A DNA stretch of 64,000 nt from Chlorokybus atmophyticus (taxonomy: Eukaryota > Plantae > Mesostigma and Chlorokybus algae), in contig RHPI01001855.1 in the NCBI GenBank assembly GCA_009103225.1, positions 1-64,000 of the forward strand. The letters run 5' to 3'. Shown one piece after another: positions 13,401 through 25,887 of the stretch (the first letter of the stretch is position 1; every line of letters begins with the position of its first letter). The translations under genes and the position numbers were made by a program. The notes beneath the pieces are model-generated. The model searched no databases. It saw nothing but the letters and a program-made list of their open reading frames with translations, and was not told the origin of the DNA.

Positions 13401-14556
13401 ACCGTTGTACGACGGGTTCGAACCACCTGAGATGAGGTAAAGGTGAGCCCACATACACAACTAGTTGGTGATGTGAGTGCTAGTTACAAACCAACACTCA
13501 CGGAAGCGGTATGATTGGGATCTGAGGGCGCCTCCCTGTGAAGTGGGCACAACCAAGTTCTGGCTTGGGGGGTCTTTGCACACGTTGGTGAAGCCGGGTG
13601 GGCCCACCATGCCATAATCAACCGTCCACCACGCAGACCCATCACCTGTTTGTGTAAACACAACTACTGAGAACGAGTCTGATGAGGTCACATAGAGTGG
13701 CTTGTATGAGAGGTGCATGCGCTCACCGTTTGGTACGAGGAGCGCTCCATACTGGTCGAATTGGATTGCGCCCGCTGAGTGAGAGCCCCACTCGAAACAC
13801 ATCTGCCCACCTGAGAGGATGACCTGCTCGCCCGAAGCGAGAGAGTACCTCTTGCCCACATTTATGCGCCATCGGGACAGGCGGCCGTACGCCACGCAGG
13901 AGCCTTGTGGAGGACACTGGCTTAGGTGGGTCCTAGCTGGGGAGGAGCAAAAGGACATCCCATGTCAGCCACATCGAAGACAACATGCGCACAGAACAAG
14001 CAAGGCATGTGTGCTTGTATATGTATGGCAACAGGGAAACGGGATTACTTGGATCGTAGGTGTACAGTATGTAGAGGTATGGCCTCCCGTGCAAGAACTT
14101 GGGGTCTAAAGCCATCCCGAGCAGCCCGCGATCGTTCACGACGGAGACCTGCGGTTGGAAGTCCAGCAGCGTGTAGGGAGTAGACGCCCACGAGTCCAAC
14201 ACAAGCACTGTGCCCTGCAACAGATAACATTCCACATCAACAACGGTGACCACGCAAGCATGGTAGAACCCTAGGCAATGCACACAACAAAGCAACACTG
14301 CAGAATGCTTGCAGGAACTTCTACCTACACAAACTATACAGCACACGTAACAGTACATCACACTCGCCTGTTTCTGTCCGACAATGATCTTGCCGTCTCC
14401 GACAAACTTGACATTGGTTGGGCCGGGGATGTACGGCGAGATTTGGTCCAGCCGGAACCCAGCAACTCGCGTGTACGGTTGAGCGCGCGCCACAGAAAGG
14501 AGTAGAAGCAGCTGCAGCAGACAGGCTGCCGCAGCCGCATGCGCAGGCAACCCCAT
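10407..14556 (-). CDS. Secreted GSDH-PKD-malectin protein, paralog 2 (14 exons, 899 aa)
   Basis: Exons 14556-14368, 14214-14049, 13936-13727, 13645-13502, 13426-13179, 13058-12815, 12720-12635, 12571-12297, 12218-11954, 11733-11521, 11426-11276, 11140-10917, 10806-10656, 10540-10407 join in frame (2700 nt). Exon lengths mostly equal those of paralog 1. Intron 1 has a GC donor, and the malectin exon has one extra intron. Ends INGIMVQVLL-TGA. Confidence 0.9.
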
Positions 14557-15808
14557 GGAAGAAAACTCTGCTCACAAAGTGTTGGATACATTCAATACAA
14601 GCGCATGCAACAGCAATCGCGGAACTGAAATTCTATGATGAGTAGCATTTGAGTACACCATGATCAATTGCTAACTGACTGCTGTTCATGGAGGTTCAGC
14701 ATGCTGGCAGTGATGATGAACATCATCACTGCCAGCATGCTGCTAGCCAGAACAACTGCATCCAAGTAATGTGTGTGTGTGTATGCATGTCTGCTTGCCT
14801 ACGGGGTTATGTGAGGGACGATGGTGTGGAGGCTTCAAAGCGGCCTCTTCAAGCCATGTGCAGCGCCGCCATATGTGCACCTCTTTTGTAGCAAACGATC
14901 TGGGCAAATGTACTCACCTGCAAAAGACCTTTACATCACGTCACAATAAGCAATCATCATTGCATGCGAGCCAGCGCTACTGCCAGTGCCTCTGTGCAGT
15001 GCACTGGCATTAAATTAGAAATGCTGCTGGGAACAACGCTGTTGACAAGATAGCGTCGGCGAGAAACAGTGACTTTAACCTCATTCAACGATGGGCATCC
15101 GCAGGGTTGCGGGCATTGAACAGTTGCATGCATGACAGGGCTCCCCAATACATGTTGCCTGTAAGCAACGAACATGCAAGAGCAGCAGCGACGACTGGAG
15201 ACAGCGGACACCCATAACAACACCATTGACAGCGGATTTGTTGTTGCCGCACTGCGACTGCGATGACGAGCACAACGACACCAGCATGCATGAAGATAAC
15301 TGAGACACTCAAAGCACTGGCCTAGCCTGGAGTGCACCTGAGGCCCGGCACAACCGCAGTGATCTGATTACTCCAGTCCCACAAGAAGTCAGCCAAGCAG
15401 AGCTGTAATCAACGTACAAAGACACAATGCTGTGCACCCTCGGCGCCGCCACCGCAGCTGCCGCCGAAGCTCATAAAGGCTGTTAAGACCTCCAGCCAGC
15501 GGACAGCCGCCCGCGGACTGGGGCAAAAAGCAAGAAATGAAAAAGTAAACTGGCCTGGTCTCTCATCATCGTCTGACAGCTGCGTGCCTGCCACGTGGAA
15601 ACCTCAAGTGCGGCGGCGCTTCGGGCGACGCGGATTCCGTCGGCGCTAGTCTAGGCCTGATCTTCTATAGACCAATGACACCAACGGCACGTGCTGCAAG
15701 TCGGTACCCAGTGACTACTGGTCACTAACCAGTACCAGTAGGCTACTGGTACTGATTGGTAACACCGTGCCACTGTCATAATGAATCATTGTGCATGGCG
15801 CAGCTTGT

Positions 15809-15830
15809 CAGTCGGAGAGCCCGAGCAGCT
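15809..15830 (+). repeat. Left TIR of the Academ-like element
   Basis: Exact reverse complement of 25888-25909. Confidence 0.95.
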
Positions 15831-17020
15831 GTTGTGTGGTAAGCATTACATCACAAATGTCTGTGGTTTAGCGCGTGTGTCGATGGCGACCGACGACGAC
15901 CAGTCTGGTTGTGTCGATGTCGGCGGAGGCTGATCTGCCGTCTCCCGTCGAGGTCGACAAGTGTAGACGAATTTTGCAAAGACTATTCGTGTCGACGTCG
16001 GCATGTATGTTTTGGGTTCAGCCCATGTTAGGGTTTCCTTTACCTTCCCGCCAGTATTTTCCCGCCGGCGCCATTTCTGCTCCTGCAAGTTGTCATCCTC
16101 AGGGGCTGGGCGGTTGCTGGCGGGTTGCTGGCGGGGCGCGGGGCGCGGGGTTGCTGGGGCGGCGAAGGCGGAGGAACAGGAGGTGGAGGAGGGCGGGGCG
16201 GGGTTGGTTGCTTGCGCTGCGTGTGCAGCACCGCGCAGGAGGCTGAGCGCAGCCGTCTTGGTAACGCGCTGTGAGGCCTGAGAGCGTGCGTGTGCTCACC
16301 GCAGTTGCAACGGCGTGCCCCAAGCCGTCTTCCCGTCATCAGTAAGACCTGTCTAGAGATGGGGTTAAGAAAGCTGAAAGGCGGCGGGAAGGTGGTTGAG
16401 CTGTATTGGAGTGTCGGCGGTGTGGGCGTTGTTGTTGTTTAGGGGCGGGGTGAGTGTTCTTGCGCCCTGCGCGCAGGCTCAGTGGTGAGGGTGATTGCCG
16501 CCGCCTTTGGGCCGCCTGTGGGTTTCTCTGACTTCTGTACCCGGCAGCTCATCAGGCTTCTGGCGTGGATTGTGTGCCAACAGCGCTCATTTTTAAGGTG
16601 AGGATGTCGCTGTCTGTGCGCTGCTGTTCTATTTTTTTGGGGTGAACGAGGCAATCTGTTGTTGATGATGTGGTCTCGTGGCTGCTTGTTGTGCTGATTA
16701 TGCACACACGGGTGTCATGCTGTGCATGGTGTCATGGATGTCACGTTCCGAATCACTTGCATGTGACTGTGTGCACGGGTCTTTGCGTGTTGGTGCACTG
16801 TATTGTGCAGGCACAGGTGTTAACTCGCCGCTTGTTGTGCAAGGACTGCTGTGTTGCTGTATATCCTGAATAGGCTAACTGGTTTTGTATAAGTCGTTGC
16901 TGTTCTGCAACAGGTGTAATTGGCATTTTGTTGTTGTCCATTGGGTATTGCGCACACGTTTGCACGCATCCTTGCAACACAACCTGAGCATGTGCATCGT
17001 ATAGTTGACATGTGCGTTGT

Positions 17021-17749
17021 TCACTTCCATGACAATGGTTCACTACTGACTGTGTATCCTAAGCATTGTAGCATTTTGCGTCTTAGGTATTCTGAATAAG
17101 CTGGGGGTATGCATTCTACAAGCGTACTCTCAGCTTGTATCCAGTTTATTCCTAGAGCCTTTCTCCACCCTGTTGTTTTCCCCCGTGATCCAGCCTGCCC
17201 ATACACTGGGTACATCTGTGTTGCTTGTGCACTCTGTGGCTGACTGGCTGTTTGTGTCCGGTGCCCAGATAAGGTCCCAAGCCTCTTCTGTCTGTGGTCA
17301 CACACTGCGTCTGCTACGAGCATAGGAGAGGTCTCGAACAGTCTGTGGTGAAAGGTGGGGAGTCCAAACATTGTCCCGCAAAGCGTCAGATTGCTCTCCA
17401 TGTGACCTGCAGCTCCAGGTGTGTTTTCTAGGATGTAAGGCTTTCCGGCTCTGTGCAAGCGCATGCGCAGCTCGTGAAGTAGGGTGCTGTGGTTCCACTT
17501 ACTGCCGTGTTCACGCCTTTGTGATTCTGGAATGCATCTTGTAAATGCCTGACAGGGTGGGCTTGCCCAAATGACTGCGTACTCGGATAGGTCAACATGG
17601 AGCGCGTCTCCGAGGATGAAGTTGAACGGGTATTCTGGCTGAGGCAGAATATCTACACCGGTCACGTCAAAGCCAGCATGGTACAGTCCCATGCTGGCGC
17701 CTCCTCCCTCACAGCACAGGTCCAGCAGTTTGGGTCTGTGTGGAGCCAT
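17021..17749 (-). CDS. Compact prokaryote/phage-type C5 DNA cytosine methyltransferase (242 aa from MAPHRPK, intronless; possibly partly decayed)
   Basis: Motif I LLDLCCEGGGASMG, GVDI, catalytic motif IV WASPPCQ, motif VI YILENTPG, motif VIII region LCGTMFGL..HHRLFE, motif X ECIPPAYSEY. The layout matches small actinophage/bacterial DNA methylases. Motif I F>C and the R>H in RxR may be damaging. Confidence 0.88.
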   Translation of the reverse strand: MAPHRPKLLDLCCEGGGASMGLYHAGFDVTGVDILPQPEYPFNFILGDALHVDLSEYAVIWASPPCQAFTRCIPESQRREHGSKWNHSTLLHELRMRLHRAGKPYILENTPGAAGHMESNLTLCGTMFGLPTFHHRLFETSPMLVADAVCDHRQKRLGTLSGHRTQTASQPQSAQATQMYPVYGQAGSRGKTTGWRKALGINWIQAESTLVECIPPAYSEYLRRKMLQCLGYTVSSEPLSWK

Positions 17750-18808
17750 CGTGTCTCTTGGGTGTGTGCGTGAGGAGCAGAGGCGTTGATGCACTCCACA
17801 ATGGGATGAAGGGCAGCGGTGGAGCTGCCTTTTTACAGGTAGGTACTCTATTACCACCGACTTGCATGCATAAATCGGTGCCTTTGTGGCTGAAGCGCAC
17901 AACGATGTTGTGCTTCTCGATGTTCAGGTGTTGCACATCACCGTCGTCGAAGCGCACACTGTGTCTGCCTGCAATGGCTTAAGTGAGTTGTCGAGCTGCC
18001 ATGCTGGCGCGTGCAAGCTAACTCAGTGCTCACCTTGGGTCTGGTTGTATCTGTAGATGTGGCCTGGGTACCACTGCTGGTCCTCCGTCCAGAATACCAT
18101 GACGGAGCAGTCCAATAACCTGTCACCAGCGGCGTGGTAGCGCTGCCGATAGGATTCTATGTTGTCTTCTTCTGCCTGCATGATATCAACACTGAGACAG
18201 TGTTGCTCCCTGCAGGTGCATTTCACATGCACCCATTCTGGTCCTGAGCGACACTGACCTGGTTGTGGATGCTATACAAGGTTGTATCCTCATCCAGTAT
18301 GTGAGCCCGCTTGTTGCCACGTCCACATCGTGGTAGCGTTGGCTGCATGACACGTGGTGTTCAGTACCATGAGCTTGTATGGTCCGCTGCAGGAGTTACA
18401 AGAGAGCTTGACACTTACTGGTGCTGCTGCGATGATGTCTGGGGGCGCTGGTATTCCTGGTCGCACGTAAGGCATGTATTTGAGAGCTCGCCCATGCCAT
18501 TCAAAGGCTGCGTCGTTGCATTGTGTGCATGTGCATTTGTAGTTGGAAAATTCAGGTGTCTTGCATTGCAGCTTGCCTCTGCATCGGATGATGTGATCCC
18601 CTGCTGCGTAATGGTGCCAGCAAGCGGCTGTGAAATCAAACATATGCTTGTACTGACTGCATTCGCGCTCGTGGCAGGTGAGCCGCGAGCGCTGACCGTT
18701 GGTGACTACCTAAGCAAGGCATACACTGCAGGTGAGAACTGGGCGTGCAGGCTGTGTTGATTGGTTCTGTGGTGGAGGTCTGGACATGGCGCTTGTGTGC
18801 CGCTGCAT
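17709..18808 (-). pseudogene. Spliced Cys/His-rich + Tudor/Agenet-like chromatin-reader gene inside the Academ element (one in-frame TAG at 18710-18712)
   Basis: Exons 18808-18419, 18342-18259, 18175-18034 and 17968 onward join in frame through 76, 83 and 65 nt GT-AG introns. This gives LLDCSVMVFWTEDQQWYPGHIYRYNQTQG|RHSVRFDDGDVQHLNI, the VxWxxDxxWYxGxI...HxVxFDDGD Tudor pattern. The N-terminus has CxxC/CxxxxC clusters. Confidence 0.72.
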
Positions 18809-18987
18809 GCTTCCGCCTCTTGCAGCCGCCTCTGTCCCTGTGAGCGCTGCCAACTGTCGATCACGCCCGCCAAGTCGTCATCAGGTTCGGACTGTGAACC
18901 CTAAATTTGCGAGCAAAACCCTAAAAGTGAGAGCACCCAGGGCGTTGATGTTGCAACTGTCTGAGTAGGTATCGTGCTGCATTGCCA

Positions 18988-21900
18988 CTACAGCTGTATG
19001 TCTGCTTCGTCCACAGCTTCAAGCCAGGCATGCAATTGAAAGTCGTGCTCTGGATCAGAGCTCTCGCTGTCGGCGTCGTCTTGGTCAGGCTCAGGGTTAT
19101 CTGCTCTGTTAGCGTTTATGTCCAAGTGACTGTCGTCCTCATCACTGTCGTCTGCATCAGACTCGTCTGAAGTATGCGTGTCTTGCTGTGTCTCTGGCTG
19201 TGCTGCTTGTGAAGTTGGTAGATTCATGCAGGCAGTGCATCCGCAGCTTGGACCGCATGCGCTGCCGTTCTTGCGGCACTTGCAGCGCCGTGACTGACAT
19301 TGATCCTTCTTGCACTTGCAGCCGTGCATCAACAGTTGCGCACGTGCTCTTGTGTCACGTATGTTGTCTTCGGTGTCCATCTGCGCCTTGTACAGGCCTT
19401 CAACCAGGGTGTAACCATACTCGTCCAATGGGGGTTGGTTGACATTGGCCTCGCACATCTGGGACCACATGCGTACCACCCACATGACGCGCTTGGCATG
19501 CAGCAACAGTGCGGATGCTGGTGGCATTTCGTCCTTGTACTCCGCAGCCTTTTCCCAAATGCTCTGTTTAACTTCATGCAGCCATTTCTGGAGGCTGCTG
19601 TGGTCGTCCTTGGGTGCGGGTCCTCCATTCACCTCGATGAACACACTCTCTCCACTGTTGTGCGCAGGGAAGACATTTTTGTGCTTGCTGTAGTACGCAC
19701 AGCCGATGAGCCGCAGCAGCATGGTGGTGGCAGAATGCTCGTTCAGAACCTCCACCTTCGTGATGAAGTCGCACTCCCTGGTAAGCACATCAGCCCAAAA
19801 AAACTGTTTGCTGATGCCGGCAAAGTAGCTAGTAAAGTCACAGCCTGTGCCTGCAAAAAACAGCATAATAAATAGTGCCCTCTGTTGCGCAGGAATGAAG
19901 CGCAGCTGCGGGAATTGTCCAAGGTGTTGATACAGGCGGGTTAGGTCAACAAATGGAGGTCGGCTGCTGTGGTTGAGACTGGTGGCAAGCTGTATGTACA
20001 CCTGCTTGCTGTGGGTACCCCATTGCTCAAGTGCTGCAAGTCCAATTATGGACACATCGGTGTCCGGAGAGTAAATGAGGACCTGGCGGTGCGAACATCG
20101 CTGTGCGTGCAGCCACATGCGAGAATCACTTTCGGCGTGGTTGCACTGAAACAGGTCAGTAACTGAAAGAGAGACTTCACCGTCATGGTTGGTAACCACC
20201 CTCGCCTTGTCACGCCACTGTGGTGCATCGCTGCCCCCTGCAATAACGAATGTCTGGCCTGGTCTCAGGTGCTGGGCGACCATTGGTGGCAAGAACTCTG
20301 TCATCAACGAACACAAGCTGCGCTTCAGGCTACGGTCGGCCAGCAGATCACGCCATGAGCGCGGGACCTCAGAGTTGAGGGTGAGAGCCTGTCCACTGCG
20401 TGTTGCTGCACCATCTCTGCATTGTTGTAGGCTGGATTTAACTCCCGTGGCATGTGCAGGGTCATCAAAGATGACATGCATCTCCTTGACCGAGGGATTG
20501 TAGAGCCGAGGCAGAATGCAGCTGCGCAGTGTTTGCACCAGATAATCCTGCATGTTCTCAACGCCGCTACTCGGGCCTTTGCTGATCATGAACATTCCCT
20601 CGGCTATCACCGTCTCCACGCCCAAAGGGTGCCGAAGCAACTGGACACCCTCACAGGAGGCACACAGGTCAGTAAGAAATTTGGCTTTGTCTCCCTTGCG
20701 CATGCTGCCATCCTCTGCAAACATAGCTAGTGGAATCTCTTGATACTGAGCCATGCATGTTTCCTGAGTGGCATTGCTTTTGCAGAGCTTCTTCAGGATG
20801 AGGGTCTTGGTCTTTGTCATGCGTGCAAGCACCTGGGTTGACCTCTGCACCTGTTTCTTTACTTGCATTGTCTTCAGACCAAACCTCCGGCCCACATTGG
20901 TAGCTGTCATCTCCTTGCAGTGCGTAACCTTGGCATATAACAGGAACTGGTCGGGGCCAATGTCGTAGTGACGCGCCAAGTCTTGAGCAACTGCTGGGTT
21001 GGCTTCTCTGGCTGTGATCAAGTGCACGAGCTGCTCTCCATGCGTCGTGCCGAGGATGTCTGCATTAGTCCGGATGCTCACCATTGCTCTGACATTGCAG
21101 CCCGTCCTGTCGCTGGCCACCACCAAAGGCGGTGTCACTTGCGCTTCGGGATCTTTGCTTAGTGGACTCAGCAAGGCCAGCACTCTCTTGACAACAAGCG
21201 CACGATACGGCAGGTATAGTGCCTTGCGCATCATGTAGTCTGCTGTTGGCCGACATAGAGTAGACTTCAGGTCCTTATTAATGAGAGTCTCGTGTGCTTC
21301 ATCACCAGCAATACTGCAACACTGTTTGCCTGTAATACTAATAGTGAAGGCCCTGGCATGCAGGTGCTCCAGCACGTCTTCCGGCCATGATAGGATGTCA
21401 GCCAAGTGCTGCGTAATGAGGCGTTGATAATGCGGACGATCCCACGCAAACGCCAACGGTCCCAGCGCCTTGTACGAGGCAACGCGCAGCCTCCAGTTGC
21501 TGCTGCGGATGGCAAAATAGAGGCCCAGGTATGCAGCTGCATCACGGGTGGTGTAGTGCCACCACAAGGCCCATGTCGCGTCAGTGTGCGCGCGTCGTCG
21601 CCCATAGTCCATGAACTCCATATAGTGGCGCTCGTCCAGCACCGGCATATCTTCGAGGCTTGGCACGAGTACTCTCGCCCAAATGTCCGGGCAATCCTTA
21701 TGGAAGCACATCAACTGATAGCGGTAAATGGCTTCCCAAGTCTGCACCAGGTACGCATGCATTCTCTTCCAGTTGCTGCCTTCAGCAATCATGTTGCGTG
21801 CTGTCGATGCTGGTATCCCTGCTGCAATTGCCATGGCGTCTAACCCCGCATCCCAATACACCTTGAAGATGACAGGCAGCAGGTTGTACAAGGCATGCCA

Positions 21901-24900
21901 GTCCCCGGGAATTGGCAACACCGAATCCCAGTATCCAGGTTCGGTGTTTTTCAAATGTATCATCAAGCTGAATGTCTTTTGGTCTCCAACCACAACAATC
22001 TTGTGCTGACTTGCATCAACCCCAAGCCTTTGTCTCAGCTCGAGCAGGGCCAGCTTCAAATTATCTGGCTTATCTGGATTGTAAGGTAGTAATGGCATGT
22101 ATAGGACTCTGCTGGGCGGCCTCTCATCAGTTGGGCACAAGTTGGCCACCACATTCTTCAGGGAGTTGATGTCATAGCATGGGATCTCTGCGCGCTTGAT
22201 GACAGTGTTGTGCAACACCTTCTTGAAGTGATCACTCGCTGCCCGCTGATGCTCTTGCAACTCAATGATGGTTTCTGATGCTGGTGGGTACACATACTGG
22301 CGCTGTCCTGGAGGTGGTAGTTGCAATGTTGATGGGTCCGGCGTCTCCATGCGGGCTTCACGACACGTGCGCGCTCTGACTGCAGGTACTGGCTCTTCCG
22401 CAATACTTGTTGTGGCAATGGGAGCTGGTACCACAACTTGTGTAGTTGTACAATGCAGATCTTTGTCAACACCACCGTTAAATCTGATCTGCCCACAGGA
22501 CCTGAAGTCCCAGTTGTCGAGGCTTGCAATGATAAACTCACTTGTGCCTGCTTACAGGGGACAGGGCGCAGCTTGCATGGCCTTGCAACGGGACATAATG
22601 GCACGTTCTAGTGTGCTGATGCTCGTGCATACGCCAACTCTGTTTAGCAGCCACATGAGCTGGCTGGATGTGCTCATTGCGTCTACGCAGTCCGCGATTG
22701 CAAGATGCATGCGGGAATAAGCATGCGAGTTGCGGGTGTATACAGCACTGCTGAGCAGGTACGCACAGCGCAAAAGCTTTGCGCGCTCCCATGCCTTAGG
22801 TTCCTCGACTTGCTTGATCTTGACGCTGCACAATGCCTTGAACAGACGCTGCAGATCGGGGTGACTCTTGTCGAGCTCCTTGGTCTCGTCCAGGAAGCGC
22901 ACGTCAGCACAAGTGCTCTTGTTCTGAAGACATCGTCTTGCCGCCTCCTGCTTCATCAGCCCCGTAAGGTAAGCCAACGTTTTGTCGCTGAGCTCGCCTT
23001 CGTCATGTGCTGACTGGTCCACACTGTTGGGTACCGACCCCAACATGCACACTGCAGGATCCACCCACGACGGCAAGATCAGCGTCCCATGACGTCGATG
23101 CCCAGTGATCACCACAACCGCCTCTCCTAGCACGCGCTTGATTGTGCGCAGCAAGTTGTGCTGGTGCGTGAACTTAAACATTCTGGCCAGCTCGGTCAAA
23201 CGTACTGGTATGCTGTTCCGCAGCAAATACCAAGCGACATACTTCACAGGCTCGTTCGGCTGATCCACACACTGTCCAGTAATTGCACGCATGGTCTCCT
23301 GGTGCTGTGCGAGCCGCTCCAACTGCTGGCGCCAGCTGGGCAATGATGTGTCGACGCCTTGCCCAAGAGCATCAACCACCTCTTGCAACTGCGTCACCTT
23401 TGCCTGCAGGGCATCGGCGTTATCCTGTGCCAACGCTGCCATGTGCTCCGCCTCCGCCAACCGCAGGACGGTGGCGTCGTGCACATTCACACGGTCATTC
23501 AAGTCCGCTTGCACACACTGCAACAACGGCAGTGTGTGAGGCAAATGTCACATGCGCAATGCAATGCCCTATATCATTCACCGCCAAAGTGTGACCCGCC
23601 TCTAACTGCGACTGCAGATCTTCATTGCAGCTGGATAGATCAAGCAACTGGCCTTGGCAGGCTCTCCAACGTCGTTCCCATTCGCTGCGCACACCCGCAT
23701 GCAGGTCTTGCGCGTTACACCATCTCATGTGCTCAGCTTCCAGCTGCCGCATCACACTGTGCGCTTGTGCCTGGGCTGTACGCAACTGTCCTTGCAACTG
23801 ACACACCTCCTCCTGCAGGCTACTCCGTTGTTGGTGTGAAGATTGCGTAGCAGTCTCCACATGGTCATCATCCAAACATTGGCGCTGCGCCATCCGAGAC
23901 ATCTCTGCTGCCATTACTTGCTGGCGGTCGCTGGCATTCTGCAGCTTATCATGAAGCTCTTCCGCTTGGAGCCGGAGTACCTGCAACTCCGCACGCGACT
24001 TCTTATCGTTCACCTCCAGGTCACGCCTTTGCTGAGCAGAGGTCTCTAGCAGAGTTGCCAGCTGTGATTGCAAACCATCCTTGGCAGACAATGCAGCCTG
24101 ATAGTCGGAGGTTAGGCTTTGCACCATGTCTAACAGCTTTTGCCTGTCCGCTTCCCATGCAGCCATAACATCCTGAGAACATTGCGCTCTATCAACCCCA
24201 TGCAGCTTACTATTTCATATCATGCGGTGGCATACACTGCTCAACAACAATGTTACACCACACGCGCATCAATCAACACAGACTGCTCACCAACATCAAC
24301 CCCACACACCTGCATTGTATATAGGCCCTCGTCACCATGCTCAGTGCTGAAAGGCACAGCACCCCCGCTTTGCTCTTCTGCGCAGCGCATGGATGCATCA
24401 GTACCACGAAGCTTGCCCAAACAATCAGCTGCAAACAGTCTCTCACACACACTGTCAAGAACATACACTCCTTACGCAGGCACACTCTCACACTGAGATG
24501 TCAAGTAGCACAGCAGATGATGCAACAGCCGCATTGAGTGCAAACCATACGGTCATTGAAGGTATTACAATAACCTATGCATCTCGCCTAAGGAATATAA
24601 CTAACGGGGCGAACAAAAGGAGCGTTCGGACCTGCACTGGGCCAGAGTCCGGCATCCTTTGCTGCCTGCTGATTATTGCTGCCTCCGTTCCAGGCAGCTG
24701 GTCTACCTCCAAGCCCACCATTCTGGCTAGAGGGGTACTCAGGGGAGAGCATGCTTGGCTGCTGCTGGGAGTCATGGAAAGGGCGACCAGACAAGTGCCT
24801 ATTATTGTGTTCAGAAGGCGTGACGCATGAGCGCATCAGGAGTTGCTGCCCAGCATTAGGATCAACATTCTCAATGTCCTGGCCACGCAAGGCCTGCACG

Positions 24901-25538
24901 AGAAACGAGGATGAGTTCATGTGCACGCATGCATCGCATATGCTGTGCGACAGCAACATCGATATTACTCACCAGGCCTGTTGGCCGGCCACTGAATGCA
25001 TTATTTTCCACCCGAGCTCCTGGTGGCAAGAATGAAGGATGCATACCCTGCACGTACACCTCTATGTAAGTTGATCGATTACACTCAAGCCAAACACAGT
25101 TTGCACATGCCCGGCAGCAAGCGGAGGATGTTCACTCACCGGTAACATCACCAAGTGTCGCCGGTCAGTGGCAACGCGCCAACAACGTCCAGAGGTCAGC
25201 GCTTGCACATAAACTTCTCTGTCAGGTACACCAGAGATAGTGAGATCAGTGCGCAGACCCATAATAATAGCGGCCTGTTTACTACGTGTATTCCGGGCAC
25301 TGTCAGACTTCTGAACCCTGCGCTTCTTCTTTGCCTTCTCCGATGGTGTCGGAGAAGACCCCGTCTGTACAGCACCCCCAACTGGCACGACAGCCTGAGA
25401 CTGCACAACAGGCGTACCCGCCCCATTCTCCCCCACACCTGTCGCCTGACCACTACACCCATGAAGCAAAGGGCTTCCAAACCTCTCCGACCCCTCATGA
25501 CCATCGTACCCCTCGTCCTCCAGGGCATGATCACTCAT
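18988..25538 (-). pseudogene. Academ transposase: spliced low-complexity/coiled-coil N-terminus + DDE-type core + XPG/PIN-like nuclease + C-terminal CXC (Cys8); one in-frame TAA at 22552-22554
   Basis: ORFs 22552-23544 and 18988-22434 are in one frame, separated by a single TAA. The read-through reveals SLDNWDF; other core motifs are VVGDQKTF, PGDWHALY and AGDEAHE. Nuclease motifs are VIFDD, HAESD, SPDTDV and GTGCDFTS; the Cys cluster is GCKCKKDQCQSRRCKCRKNGSACGPSCGCTAC. Upstream exons are inferred from splice signals and are less certain. Confidence 0.8.
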
Positions 25539-25887
25539 CTTCGCCGCCGTCGCGGCGCACGCCCCACCGCCCCTCCGCCCCACCACACAGACCACACCGA
25601 CTGCAATGCACGCCCCTCACAATGCTCACCATTTGAATTTTCGCCAACTGCACCATCCCGCCCAACCAGTGCAAACGGTTCCAACATGGCACGTCCGTCG
25701 TCGTCGACGGTCACGGACCGGTCAGCTCTTCACTATGTCGATCGGGCCTGCGTCGCCGTCGACCGTCAGCGACCGAACACGCGAGACAACATCGACACAA
25801 GAAGTCCAATCACCCACAATCGACATCGACACAGCCAGAAACCACACGTCAAAAGGCGTGAAAACAGAGACCAAATGATGTAAAGAA

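Noticed and set aside
15700-15770. Short hairpins (CAGTACCAGTA-ggc-TACTGGTACTG) as a Helitron 3' end
   Set aside because: No CTRR terminus at the expected distance and no matching 5' TC end identified
18710-22554. TAA/TAG reassigned to Gln (as in some ulvophytes) to explain read-through in transposon ORFs
   Set aside because: Paralog 1 ends in TAA exactly where paralog 2 ends in TGA, and about 2200 host codons contain no internal TAR, so the standard code fits
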